The position numbers and the translations under genes were made by a program. Below the pieces are notes generated by a model, which saw only the letters and a program-made list of their open reading frames with translations, had not been told where the DNA came from and searched no databases. A stretch of DNA of 64,000 nucleotides. Origin: Bryobacterales bacterium. Its GTDB lineage: Bacteria > Acidobacteriota > Terriglobia > Bryobacterales > UBA6623. The stretch lies in assembly GCA_963422375.2 (NCBI GenBank), contig OY729428.2, positions 2,176,001-2,240,000 of the forward strand. The letters are read 5' to 3'. Below, piece by piece: positions 10,055 through 19,923 of this stretch. Position 1 is the stretch's first letter; every line of letters starts with the position of its first letter.

Positions 10055-10446
10055 GTTGCCGAGGATCCACAGCATGACGCGTTCCGCGGACGGTACGGCC
10101 GAGGCGACCGGAACGAACGTCAGGCAGAAGTTCGGACTGAATCGCTCGATTCAGAGCCAGTCCAAGGGACTGCTGTTGGGGGCAGCTTGCATGCAAGGCA
10201 GAGTGGGGCGGTCGCAGGCTCGAGCAAGTCAATCCCGCCTTTCGGTCGCGGCGGTGCCAGCGCCGCGGCGAGGTGGAGGCGAGCCATCGCCAGGGCAAGC
10301 GGTACGCATGCAAGTGCTGCGGCCACTCCGGCGATGCGGACGTCATTGCCGCGATCAACGTCTTGCAGTCTGTGAACTCGCCCGCGGAAGCTTCCAACCG
10401 CGGCAATGGCCGCGGCGCTGCCAGGAATCGTCAAAGTCGCAAATGA
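10055..10446 (+). pseudogene. tnpB: Degenerate IS200/IS605-family tnpB remnant (C-terminal RuvC-II / zinc ribbon / RuvC-III)
   Basis: Three frames joined: VAED / HSMTRSADGTAEATGTNVRQKFGLNRSIQSQSKGLLLG / QLACKAEWGGRRLEQVNPAFRSRRCQRRGEVEASHRQGKRYACKCCGHSGDADVIAAINVL. This follows the TnpB pattern EDL..MT.SA.GT...PG.NV.QK.GLNRSI...YKA....V.P.YTS..C..CG......F.C..CG...AD.NAA.NI. Confidence 0.85.
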
Positions 10447-10662
10447 ATCTTGACTCGTTCGGCAGTGCCGAGTCGCGAGGTACGGGTTCCGGAGCGCGAA
10501 CGGCACGTAGCGACCGTTTGAAGGCGACCGCCGCTTGGAGCCCCGGCTGCCGGCGGGCACGACACCAACTTCAATCCGTCGGCCGCCATGGCTCGGTTCT
10601 TCCTCGGCCCGGCGCCGCGCTGCCAGGCGCCTCCGCCCGCGAAATCCGGTACTCTAATAACC

Positions 10663-11856
10663 ATGCGCACATGGTTCCGACTCTCCCTGGCCTCGTTCGC
10701 CCTCGCGGGGCTCGCCGTGGCGGAGAACGCCAAGCCAGTCAACTGGCAGGACCTGCCCGAGCCGTTCCACACCGAGTCCGCGACCAACCGTCCGAACGTA
10801 GTCGACCGGCCGACCGACGCCGAGCTGAGGGTGCCGGACGGCTTCAAGGTTGAGGAGTACCTCGCGGGAGACTTCCAGCGCCCGCGCTTCATGACTCTCG
10901 GGCTCAGCGACGAACTCGTCTTCTCCGATTCGGGCTCCCGCAACGCACCCGACGGGGCCGTCTACGTCTACCACCAAGAGCAGCTGAAGAAACTGATCGA
11001 GGGCTTGGACCGACCCTACGGGCTGGCATTCCACGACAAGTGGCTCTACGTCGCCGAGACGACCTCGGTCAAGCGGTACGTCTACGACCCCAAGGCTATG
11101 ACGGTGGGAAAAGGCGAGGAAATCATTTCCTACAAAGACTTCGACAGGGGCCATTGGACTCGGTCGCTGCTTTTCAACGAGGACCACACCAAGCTCTACG
11201 TGACGGTCGGCTCCCGCTCCAACATCGACCTCGGCGAGGATCCGATGCGGGCGGCACTGCACCGCTACAACCCCGACGGCAGCGGGCACGAGACCGTCGC
11301 GACCGGGCTGCGGAACATCATCGGCTTGCAGTGGTATCCCGGGTCGGACCGAATCTGGGCGGCGGTGCAGGAGCGCGACGGGCTGGGCGACGATCTGGCG
11401 AACGACTTCCTCGCAAACGTGCAGGAGGGCGAGTTCTACGGCTGGCCGTACGCCTACAACGGACCGCACGAAGAGCCGCGACACGCCGACAAGGCGCCCG
11501 ACAAAGTGACGAGCTCACTCTATCCGGACGTGCTGCTCGGCGCCCACGTGGCGGTGCTCGACATCCGCTTCTATACCGGCACGCAATTCCCCGAGAAGTA
11601 CCGCGGCGGATTGTTCCTAGCCTTCCACGGCTCGTGGAACCGCTCCGAGCGCGTGGGATACAGTGTCACGTTCATCCCCTTCAAGGACGGGCGGCCCCAG
11701 TCGGGGCCGCAGCCCTTCCTCACAGGCTGGATGCTGGGCTCCGACCAGAGCGAGGTGTGGGGACGGCCGGTCGGGCTGCTCCAGCTGAGGGACGGGTCAA
11801 TGCTCGTATCGGACGACGGCGGGCGGAAGATCTGGCGCATCAGCCACGGCGACTGA
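10663..11856 (+). CDS. PQQ-dependent sugar/L-sorbosone dehydrogenase family beta-propeller, secreted
   Basis: Signal peptide MRTWFRLSLASFALAGLAVA; GHWTRSL, LYVTVGS, TGLRN, QERDGLGDD, FYGWPY, AFHGSWNRS, GRPVG, SDDGG. Confidence 0.88.
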   Translation: MRTWFRLSLASFALAGLAVAENAKPVNWQDLPEPFHTESATNRPNVVDRPTDAELRVPDGFKVEEYLAGDFQRPRFMTLGLSDELVFSDSGSRNAPDGAVYVYHQEQLKKLIEGLDRPYGLAFHDKWLYVAETTSVKRYVYDPKAMTVGKGEEIISYKDFDRGHWTRSLLFNEDHTKLYVTVGSRSNIDLGEDPMRAALHRYNPDGSGHETVATGLRNIIGLQWYPGSDRIWAAVQERDGLGDDLANDFLANVQEGEFYGWPYAYNGPHEEPRHADKAPDKVTSSLYPDVLLGAHVAVLDIRFYTGTQFPEKYRGGLFLAFHGSWNRSERVGYSVTFIPFKDGRPQSGPQPFLTGWMLGSDQSEVWGRPVGLLQLRDGSMLVSDDGGRKIWRISHGD

Positions 11857-11897
11857 CCGCCTCCTTTCCCCGCAAGCCGCACTGAATCACTCCGACA

Positions 11898-12263
11898 ATG
11901 GCCTTGATGAATCTGTTCCGCCCGCCGTGGAAGCACTCCGATCCCGACGTTCGGAAGGCCGCGGTCCAAGGAATCGACGACCCCGACATCCTTGTGGAGA
12001 TGATCATCCGGGACGGCGAATGGTTCGTCCGGCACGAGGCCATGAGCGCCCTGCGCGATCTGGGAGCCGACCGGGTGCATCTCCGTCGGCTCGTGGGCGA
12101 GTCGTCCGACGAAGAGATTCGGCGCAAGGCCGTAAAGGTGATGACCGACGAGGCCGACCTCGAGCGCGTGGCCAAGGAGGACCGCTACCGCTACGTCCGA
12201 GAGGCCGCGGAGCACCGCCTCGGCGAGATCCGCAGCGGCCAGTGGGCACACCTCTCCGACTAG
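11898..12263 (+). CDS. Small HEAT-like helical repeat protein
   Basis: LFRPPWKHSDPDVRKAAV followed by repeats of D...L......D....VR..A. Confidence 0.7.
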   Translation: MALMNLFRPPWKHSDPDVRKAAVQGIDDPDILVEMIIRDGEWFVRHEAMSALRDLGADRVHLRRLVGESSDEEIRRKAVKVMTDEADLERVAKEDRYRYVREAAEHRLGEIRSGQWAHLSD

Positions 12264-12350
12264 CGTCGCCGCCGCGGCCCGTGCGACTCGGCCGGCTCTG
12301 GGCCGGAGGCGAGCGCAGGCGGCACGCCAATCTCTGCCGGCGGCAGCAAC

Positions 12351-13628
12351 ATGCGACCGAGCACCTCCGCACATGTCTCCGGCACGGCTCCGAGGCATAG
12401 CGCCGGGACTGCCGGAAGTTCCCTCGCCGCAGACCCGGCGTCGCTTCCTCGCAGCTTGACGGCCGCGCCGTTCCTGCTGCTGCTGTGCACGCACTTCGCG
12501 GTGGACTGCTTCTCGTCCGCCTTGCCCACAGTGCAGCCGATCCTAGCCGAGCGCCTCGGCTTGAACCTCGCCCAAGCCGGCCTGCTGGGCGGCATCTGGA
12601 TGTTCTCGTCGGCACTGCTGCAGTTGCCGTTCGGCCTAGCGAGCGACCGGCTGCAGAGCCGCTACTTCGCAATCCTCGGCCCGCTCGCGACCGCCGCATT
12701 CCTGACGGCACTGGGGCTTGCGCCGGGATTCGTCTGGACCGCGGCTTTGCTCGTGCTCGGGGGCATGGGATCCGCTGCCTACCACCCGTACAGCACAAGC
12801 CAAGCCGGCAGCATCGGGGGCGAGCGACGCGGACTCTCCACGGCCGTCTTCATCACTGTCGGCACCGCCGGTCTTGGCTTCGGCCCCCTGTACCTGACGG
12901 CCGTGATCGAGCGGTTCGGTTTCGAGCGGCTGTGGTTCGCGGCGTTGCCGGTCGCCGCGGCCCTTCCGGCGCTCGTGTGGAGGATGCCCGGGCCCGTCGG
13001 CGGGACTCGTCCGACAGGTAGCGCGGTAGACTGGCGCGCCCTGCGCGGGGAGGGGAAGCAACTCTCCATCCTTTACCTCCTAGTCGTCCTGCGATCCATC
13101 GTTCAGGTCGGACTTGCGCAGTTCCTCTCGCTGTACATGGTCCAGGTCCGCGGCGCGGACCTGAACATGGCAAGCATCGTCTTGGCCGTGTACTTTCTGA
13201 GCACCTCGGCCGGATCGTTCGTCGGGGGAGCGGCCGCCGACCGCTACGGCGGCCGGGCCGTGATCACGATCTCCTGCCTCGCTTGCGTGCCCCTGCTGGC
13301 AGCATTCGCGGTATCGGACGGATGGGTCTCTATCGTCGCTCTGTTCCTCGGCGGGACGAGTCTCCTCGCGACGATCCCTGTCAACGTCGTCATGGCGCAG
13401 CGTCTCGTGCCGTCGCAAGCAGGCACCACTTCGGCGCTCATGATGGGCTTCGGCTGGGGGACTGCGGGAATCGTGTTCGTGCCTGCCGCCGGCTGGCTGG
13501 CGGACTACGTCGGGCTGGAGGCGGTGTTGCAGGCGTTCGCCGCCCTGCCGCTTATCTCGGTACCGCTGGCGCTGACGCTCCCGAAGGCCCGGCGAACGCC
13601 TGCGGCTGCCGCACGAAGCCACGAGTAA
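12351..13628 (+). CDS. MFS transporter (Fsr/fosmidomycin-resistance-like)
   Basis: THFAVD, LQLPFGLASDR, GGMGSAAYHP, GGAAADRYGGR, VVMAQRLVP, LMMGFGWG; about 12 TM helices; exact start uncertain. Confidence 0.85.
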   Translation: MRPSTSAHVSGTAPRHSAGTAGSSLAADPASLPRSLTAAPFLLLLCTHFAVDCFSSALPTVQPILAERLGLNLAQAGLLGGIWMFSSALLQLPFGLASDRLQSRYFAILGPLATAAFLTALGLAPGFVWTAALLVLGGMGSAAYHPYSTSQAGSIGGERRGLSTAVFITVGTAGLGFGPLYLTAVIERFGFERLWFAALPVAAALPALVWRMPGPVGGTRPTGSAVDWRALRGEGKQLSILYLLVVLRSIVQVGLAQFLSLYMVQVRGADLNMASIVLAVYFLSTSAGSFVGGAAADRYGGRAVITISCLACVPLLAAFAVSDGWVSIVALFLGGTSLLATIPVNVVMAQRLVPSQAGTTSALMMGFGWGTAGIVFVPAAGWLADYVGLEAVLQAFAALPLISVPLALTLPKARRTPAAAARSHE

Positions 13629-13849
13629 GGGGAGGCGCAGGCAGACATGCGACGCCTCTGCAGCCACCGCGAACCTCCTCCATGCGGGCCCATGACAACC
13701 GGCATACAATTGGAAGCGGCTGCCATGTCGGCCCATGTATCCGAGGCGGGTCGAACCGCAGACGGTTGTCTTCGAGACGCGACCAGCCCTAGGACCCAGG
13801 CACGCTTCCCGGTCGGTGCCAGTGCGGCCGCAGATCGCGGGAGCCTGCG

Positions 13850-15259
13850 GTGCTAGCGGCGACCCAAGGCCTCCTCGAATTCTTCTGGGGATCCTTCCTC
13901 CTGCTGGCTCCCATGCTGCTGCTCGGCCTCCTGCTGGCCGGGTTGATCCACGTACTCATTTCGCGGGAGGCCATCCTCAAGTGGCTGAGCGATGACAGCC
14001 TGAAGTCCGTCGTCACGAGCGCCGCCGTCGGCGTGCCCGTGCCGCTGTGCAGCTGCTCGGTCGTCCCCGTCGTAGCGGAGATGCGGAAGAAAGGGGCATC
14101 GCGATCATCCTGCATTTCGTTCCTGATCACCGCTCCGGAAACGGGGGCGGATTCGATCCTAGTAACGAACGCTTTCTTCGGCATCGTGGCGGCCGTCGTG
14201 AGGCCGCTAGTCAGCTTCCTAACCGCGGTGGTCACGGGCGTCTTCTGCATCGGGCTCATCCGGGCCGACGAGGGCGAGACGGATGCCGGCGCCTTCCGGG
14301 GGCGCCACCGCGCCGACGGCCCCGTCGCAGGCTGCGCGCACGAGGAATGCGGTCACGATCACGGCGGCCACCGCCCTCTCGTTGCGGGCACGGAAGACTG
14401 CTACGTGCGCCCGGCCGATCTCGGGGCGATGCTGTCCGGTTGGTTCGGCTCCCTAGCGCGGAGGGGGAAACGCCTCTTGGGCGGAGCCAAGGCAGCCTCG
14501 TCGCTCCGGGCGAGCCCCCGTCTCGGGGACCGGATCGAGAGCGACCCGCCCGAGAGCGTCCGGCCTGACGAGCCCCGTGCGGACACCGTCGGCTTCGCCC
14601 GCTTCATCCGGCACGTCTTCCGTTACGGCTTCGTCGAGGTGGCCGACGAAATCCTGTTCGCGCTGCTGGTGGGCGTTGCCCTCGGCGGCTTTCTGTTCGT
14701 GGGAATCCCCGACGGCTTGATGGGGAGCGACAACGCCCGGTGGATTTCCTACCCGGTGATGGTGCTCGTAGGCATTCCCCTCTACATCTGCGCTTCGGCG
14801 AGCACGCCCATCGCGGCGGCACTGGTCGCCAAGGGCCTCAGCCCCGGAGCGGCCTTGATTTTCCTCATGACGGGTCCAGCCACCAACAGCGGGTCCATCG
14901 CGATCATCATCCGCCAGTTCGGCGCGCGTTTCGGCACGATCTACGTGACAGGTGTTATCGCGGTGACCACGCTCCTAGGCATCGCGATCGACGCTGCGGT
15001 CATCGCCCTAGGCGTCGCGCTCCCCGTCAATCTGGCGGCATCCGAGACAGCGGCGATTCAATTCGTGGAGTGGGCAGGCGCGACCGTCCTGATCGCGTTG
15101 ATGGCTTGGCGCTTCCGTGAGGGTGCCTTCAAGAGCGGGTATCAGGATCTCGTCTCGAACGTCGCGCCCGCCTACCGCCGCATCAAACGCTGGGGCAGCA
15201 GCCTCGTCGGTAGCCTTCCGCTCCCGACCGGGGCGCGCTCCCGGCGGCCGCGATTCTAG
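13850..15259 (+). CDS. ArsP/SO_0444-type (DUF318) metal permease with His/Cys-rich loop
   Basis: GVPVPLCSCSVVP, FLITAPETGADS, GIPLYICASASTPIAAAL, GAALIFLMTGPATN; loop GCAHEECGHDHGGH. Confidence 0.85.
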   Translation: MLAATQGLLEFFWGSFLLLAPMLLLGLLLAGLIHVLISREAILKWLSDDSLKSVVTSAAVGVPVPLCSCSVVPVVAEMRKKGASRSSCISFLITAPETGADSILVTNAFFGIVAAVVRPLVSFLTAVVTGVFCIGLIRADEGETDAGAFRGRHRADGPVAGCAHEECGHDHGGHRPLVAGTEDCYVRPADLGAMLSGWFGSLARRGKRLLGGAKAASSLRASPRLGDRIESDPPESVRPDEPRADTVGFARFIRHVFRYGFVEVADEILFALLVGVALGGFLFVGIPDGLMGSDNARWISYPVMVLVGIPLYICASASTPIAAALVAKGLSPGAALIFLMTGPATNSGSIAIIIRQFGARFGTIYVTGVIAVTTLLGIAIDAAVIALGVALPVNLAASETAAIQFVEWAGATVLIALMAWRFREGAFKSGYQDLVSNVAPAYRRIKRWGSSLVGSLPLPTGARSRRPRF

Positions 15260-15345
15260 CGACCGGCTATTCGGTCGCGGCACGAGGCCCGACCGGCTTC
15301 GGAACCGTTGCCGGTAGGGCGGTCCGGACGAGACTGCCGCAACTG

Positions 15346-15495
15346 ATGCCACGGCCTCGCCTCGAGCTCGACAAGCGGGCGGTGCGGGAGTTCAAGCAGC
15401 TTTCGAGCAAGCAGCCGTTCTCATGCCTGTCGAACTCGCCTTGTGCGCATGCCGACTACGGGGTCTTCCGGGTAGCTCCTTCCATTCAGACAAGA
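15346..15495 (+). pseudogene. Possible eroded RelE/ParE-family toxin fragment
   Basis: MPRPRLELDKRAVREFKQLSSKQ...FSCLSNSPCAH in one frame and RLRGLPGSSFHSD in the neighbouring frame loosely follow the RelE layout; resemblance judged by eye only. Confidence 0.25.
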
Positions 15496-15769
15496 CCCAC
15501 GGATCGATTTCGAGCCTCTTCAAGCTGGCCAAGGCGAAGTTGGGAGATCTACCGGTCGCCGCGCTGTACGATCCAAGCGGATCGGCAATTGGTCATTCCG
15601 GTTGGCTGGATTTCGATGAAAGGGTCGCATTGCAATCGTTGGCCGGGTCAGACAGCCGACTCGACCTCGTGGATGTACGCAGCGACGCATCCTAGGAACG
15701 GATTCAACTGTACGAGGCCGTCCCACGCCTATTGAACCGGAGGTCGGGCCCGGTGCGGCGAGCGTTGGG

Positions 15770-16201
15770 GTCTTGCAGCGCGCACGTCCCCGCATAACGC
15801 TGGCCAGGGGACGCTGATGCGGCTCATTCTTGCCGCTGCCTGGTGCTCTAGTTGAGTCGAAAGGCTATTTCGCCCTAAGCGAGCTCGAGGAGGATCCGCG
15901 CTGGAGAGCCGGGCCGACTTACGTGTTCGTCATGGACACGCTCGGAAACCAGCTCGCCAGCGGCGTCGGCGTGAGGATCAACGGGCAGGCGCCGCTCGAA
16001 TGGGGCGGCGAGGGCCGTCTCGCGGACCAGCTCGGGGGACGGGACCTGATTCGCCTGCTCGAGACGTTCGGAGAGGCGTACATCTACTACACCGCATTCG
16101 ATCCGACCAGCGGCAGGGGCGCTCCCAAGACGAGCTTCGTGAAGCGAATTGTCTCGGGCGGCGTGCCGCTCTTGGTAGGAGCGGGTCGCAGCTCGAATTG
16201 A
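15770..16201 (+). pseudogene. 5'-truncated Cache-domain protein remnant (paralog of the downstream gene)
   Basis: ESKGYFA...DPRWRAGPTYVFVMD...GGRDL...FGEAYIYY...DP.....PKTSFVKRIVSGGVPLLVGAG aligns with the second half of the 16243-17224 gene; no intact start or signal peptide. Confidence 0.7.
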
Positions 16202-16242
16202 ACCCAGGGGGATTCCCGCCCGGCCCAGCTGCAGGTGACAGC

Positions 16243-17224
16243 ATGATCGACACTCAGAAAGCCCGAATCTCGGTCGCCGGGGCGACTCTCCTAGCGATCC
16301 TGGCGTCTGCCAGTCCCGCCTTCGGGGCGGGCCGGTGCGCCGACAACGAGATCGTCGCGAGCGCCGTGCGCACTTCCGAAGACCTCGTGGCGTTCGTCCA
16401 GGGCGCATCCGGATATGTCGCCGCCAACGGAACGGCCGAGGCCAGCCGCGCCTTCCGGGAGGACCCGCGCTGGCTGTCGCTCCCGACCTACGTGTTCGTG
16501 GACATCCTTGGGGAGTCAGGGGATGAGACGCTGATTATCGTGCATCCTCCGGACCGATCACGCGAAGGCTCCTACTGGGGAACCTTGGCTGACGGCTTCG
16601 GGAGCGACTTCTTCGTCGAGAGCTACCGCACGCTGACGAATCACGGGGAGGGATGGATCTACTACACGTTAACCAACTACCAAGCCGGCACGACCGAGCC
16701 CAAGGCATCCTACGTCATGCCGGTCGACTGGGACGGACAGCAGGCGATGATCGGCGCTGGACTCTATCGGCCGGACCTGCCGGGCGCCTGCCATCCGGCT
16801 GGCGTAAACGCAGCCGCGCTGGAGGCGAATCCGAGCGAGCACGCACTGGCCGAATTCGTGCGCTGCGCGGCATTCAAGTTCCAGGAGAGCGGCTATTTCG
16901 CAGGCCCTATTCCTAGTGCGGGATCCGCGGTGGAACAGCGGCTCCGTCTACGTTTTCGTCATCGACGCGACGGAAGGGGGCATTCTGTTCAGCGGAGCTC
17001 CGCCCGCCGCCTCCTTCCAGTTCTCCGGACGGATCTCGGATCTCTTCGACGGACGGGACATGGTGAGCGTCGGGGTGGCATTCGGCGAGGCGTACTTGTA
17101 TCACGATTTCGAGAGTCCCGCCACGAATCAGGTCGAGTCCAAAGTCACGTTCACCAAGATGGTGCTCGCCGACGGGGTGCCGCTGCTAGTCGGTTCCGGG
17201 ATTTACCCGAGTGCCAGCCGGTAG
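16243..17224 (+). pseudogene. Secreted tandem Cache-domain protein interrupted by a +1 frameshift near 16912
   Basis: Signal peptide MIDTQKARISVAGATLLAILASASPAFG; two repeats of DPRW....YVFV.D...Y...P...K.....G....G.G.Y. Removing one C from ATT CCT AGT restores GYFAGPILVRDPRW. Confidence 0.75.
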
Positions 17225-17531
17225 CTCGGTTCCGTGCGAAAAGAGGATCCGGCGATTCGCGGCTGGCATCGCGCGAGCGATTCCCAAGCCGGTTGGTCGT
17301 ATTCCGGTGCTCGCCGACGCTCGAGAAAGCTTCGGACTCGAGGCAACGTTCTCCGTCGGAGGCGGGTCGAGGCGTTCTCGCGCAGCCAAGACCCGTGAGC
17401 CGGTGCCTCACGGGAGTCTGGAAGGCACCTGCTCTGTCACGAGAAGCCGGCGACCGCCAGCCGCCCAGGTGTCGCCAGGCGAGGGCGGGACACGTGCCGG
17501 ATCGGACGTTCGGTAGACCGTGCAGCAGCCC

Positions 17532-18401
17532 TCAGCTGAATTGTCTTGCCGACGGAGGGAGGAACATCGCATGTAAGGGCACTTCCTCCAAGTAGTGCAG
17601 GGCGTACGCCAGGCCTATTCCGAGCAGGAACGCCAAGGAGAGCAGGAATCGATCATGGCGGTGGAACTGAAGCTCGGGAAGCAGATCGCTCAGCGAGATG
17701 CAAACGAGACCGCCTGCTGCGAATGCCAATAGACGCCCGATCACATCGTCTTGCGCCTCGCCCAGGGACCCGAGTCCCCAGAAGGTCAGCAAGGCATAGA
17801 CGGGGCATAACAGCGCCAGTCCCACGTTGACGGCCATTCCCAGCCTAGGCCTAGCCCCGGCAACACGCATCAAGCCGACAACGGAGAACGCGTCAAGCGG
17901 CTTGTGCAGGATGATCGCCAGAAACATACCGAATCCAACTAGATCCGCTGATTCGTTACCGTTCCAACCGCTTCGCACGGACGCGCCGAGAGCGACGCCT
18001 TCAGTAAGCGCGTGCAGACCCATGCCAATGGCGATCCCGGCCCACCCGACAGGTCCGCATTCGGGAGCATGATGGCGGCCGGCATCGTCCTCGCATGCCC
18101 CGTCACCGATATCATGCTGGTGGAATCGGAATGCCCGCAACAGCAGCAATGTGGCCGCGATGCCGAGGATCAGCCACCAGAGAGCGACATCCAGAGACTC
18201 GTGACTGTTCATTCGCTCGACGCCGTGAGGAAGCAAATGGTAGACAGCGACGCCCAATACAAGGCCCGCAACAAAGCTCATGACGAATTGCGTTCGCGTG
18301 TGCGTCATGCGGCTCGCTCCTTGAAGCCATCCGCCGAGCAAGGATGCGGCGGCAATCAAGGTCGCGTACGCCGTCAGCAAGAGGAGCGGCTGCATGTCCA
18401 C
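17532..18401 (-). CDS. ZIP family divalent metal (zinc) transporter
   Basis: HLLPH, His-rich loop FHQHD...HHAPE, GLHALTEGVALG, AIILHKPLDA, SDLLPELQFHRHD. Confidence 0.9.
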   Translation of the reverse strand: MDMQPLLLLTAYATLIAAASLLGGWLQGASRMTHTRTQFVMSFVAGLVLGVAVYHLLPHGVERMNSHESLDVALWWLILGIAATLLLLRAFRFHQHDIGDGACEDDAGRHHAPECGPVGWAGIAIGMGLHALTEGVALGASVRSGWNGNESADLVGFGMFLAIILHKPLDAFSVVGLMRVAGARPRLGMAVNVGLALLCPVYALLTFWGLGSLGEAQDDVIGRLLAFAAGGLVCISLSDLLPELQFHRHDRFLLSLAFLLGIGLAYALHYLEEVPLHAMFLPPSARQFS

Positions 18402-19618
18402 GGAATGGTCCTCCTGCAGGATGACCCGGACGACGATTCGGTCCGGTAATTTCCGAGCCGGCAGGCGGAGCCCGAATCCGGTGTAAGGTCAGTCTGCAGA
18501 TGTCGACGGCTAGCATGCCTCGGTGCGGCGAAGCGCGAGTCGGCCCGTCGCTCCGAGAAACGGACGGGCGATACGCGGAACCAAGCCTCGCTCGGGGCAA
18601 CCGACGACGCCGCAATGGCTTGCCCAGCCTGCGCGAATCCGAGCATTGTGCGACTACGGAACCCGGAACGCCCGATAGCGCCCGGAGGGGCAGAACCGTG
18701 CCGCCACTTGGTGACGCATGAACGGACGGGAAGCAAGCGATTCTCCACGATAACAGGCTGTTCGTAGAGTGTCTCTATCGTAGCTGTTTCGTGAGTTCAG
18801 GGCCTGTCGTCACCGAATCAGCGCGCCTTCCGATGGGCTCAGCCACCAGAAAGTGAAGATCCGCTCAATCCATCGATTGCCCCCAATGTGCGCCTCTTGC
18901 GGGCTAGGGATTGGGACACGCTGTCACCGCAGCAACTTGGACCGCGCCCCCCTCGCGCACGTTGGAGAGATGAGCTTCAGAGTGCGCCCGCCATCTCGAG
19001 CCGGACGAGGCGCGCGAGGAGAGCCTGCTTCCACTCGCCGCAGGCGAAGGCGGTCGTGACAAGCCACTGCCCGGCATGCACGCGGGCGGAGGCCCAAGGC
19101 CCGCCCCACGGGGGCCCGCGATTCCAGCAACCCCGAGCCTGTCCGGACGATAGGAGCAGGAGCGGCCTAGAACGGCTGGGCTCGACGAGAGAGACTCGGG
19201 CCCTCGCCGCCCGAGCCTCGACGTCCCCGGCGGGCAGTCGAAGCACGGGCAATGGCCATCACGGGAGCGGCAAGAGCTCCGAACCGTCGTCCCAAGTCGA
19301 GGGGTGTTGCGGTCCGCCAAGAGCAGCAAGCGCGAGGGCAGGGAAGGGCGGTGCGGCAGCGCCTCGGCACGACGAGCATGCGGCTTGAGACTCGGGAGCC
19401 TCCTCGTCCGCCGCTGCGCTCTGGGTCGTGGTGCCTGCGAGTCGTCTCTCGCGGGCGACGCCGCAGCCACGGTAGTCTGCCACTCGCGAATCCGCGCCTA
19501 GGACGCTCGGAGCCCCCGACGCCGGACAGCCCGCGGCGCTGCGACCGGATCCGGTCGCAGCGCGTCCTTGCCCAGGCCCCAACTCTTGACCGAGACAGGC
19601 GGGCGCGCAGGTCACTGC

Positions 19619-19648
19619 TTGCCGTGCAGCCTGCACCTGTGGTATCCT
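19619..19648 (+). promoter_or_regulatory. Candidate rpmB promoter with an inverted repeat in the spacer
   Basis: TTGCCG, 18-nt spacer, TGG-TATCCT (extended -10); GTGCAG-C-CTGCAC palindrome at 19624-19636. Confidence 0.4.
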
Positions 19649-19686
19649 GAGCTTTCGGCAGGGCCGTCTTCGGCACGGAGCATCAC

Positions 19687-19923
19687 ATGGCACGAGTTTG
19701 CGTAGTTACCGGCAAGCGCCCCATGACGGGCAACAACGTCTCGCATGCGAACAACAAGACGAAGCGGCGATTCTACCCCAATCTGCAAGACAAGCGCTTT
19801 TGGTCGCCTCGCCGCAATCGATGGGTCAGGTTGCGTATCAGCGCCAAGGGCATCAAGATTATCAACCGGCGAGGCGTGGATCGCGTGCTCGACGACTTGG
19901 AGAAGAGAGGCGAGAAGTTCTAG
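19687..19923 (+). CDS. rpmB: 50S ribosomal protein L28 (78-aa zinc-free C- type)
   Basis: [34 protein letters not shown]...[18 protein letters not shown] Shine-Dalgarno. Confidence 0.96.
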   Translation: MARVCVVTGKRPMTGNNVSHANNKTKRRFYPNLQDKRFWSPRRNRWVRLRISAKGIKIINRRGVDRVLDDLEKRGEKF

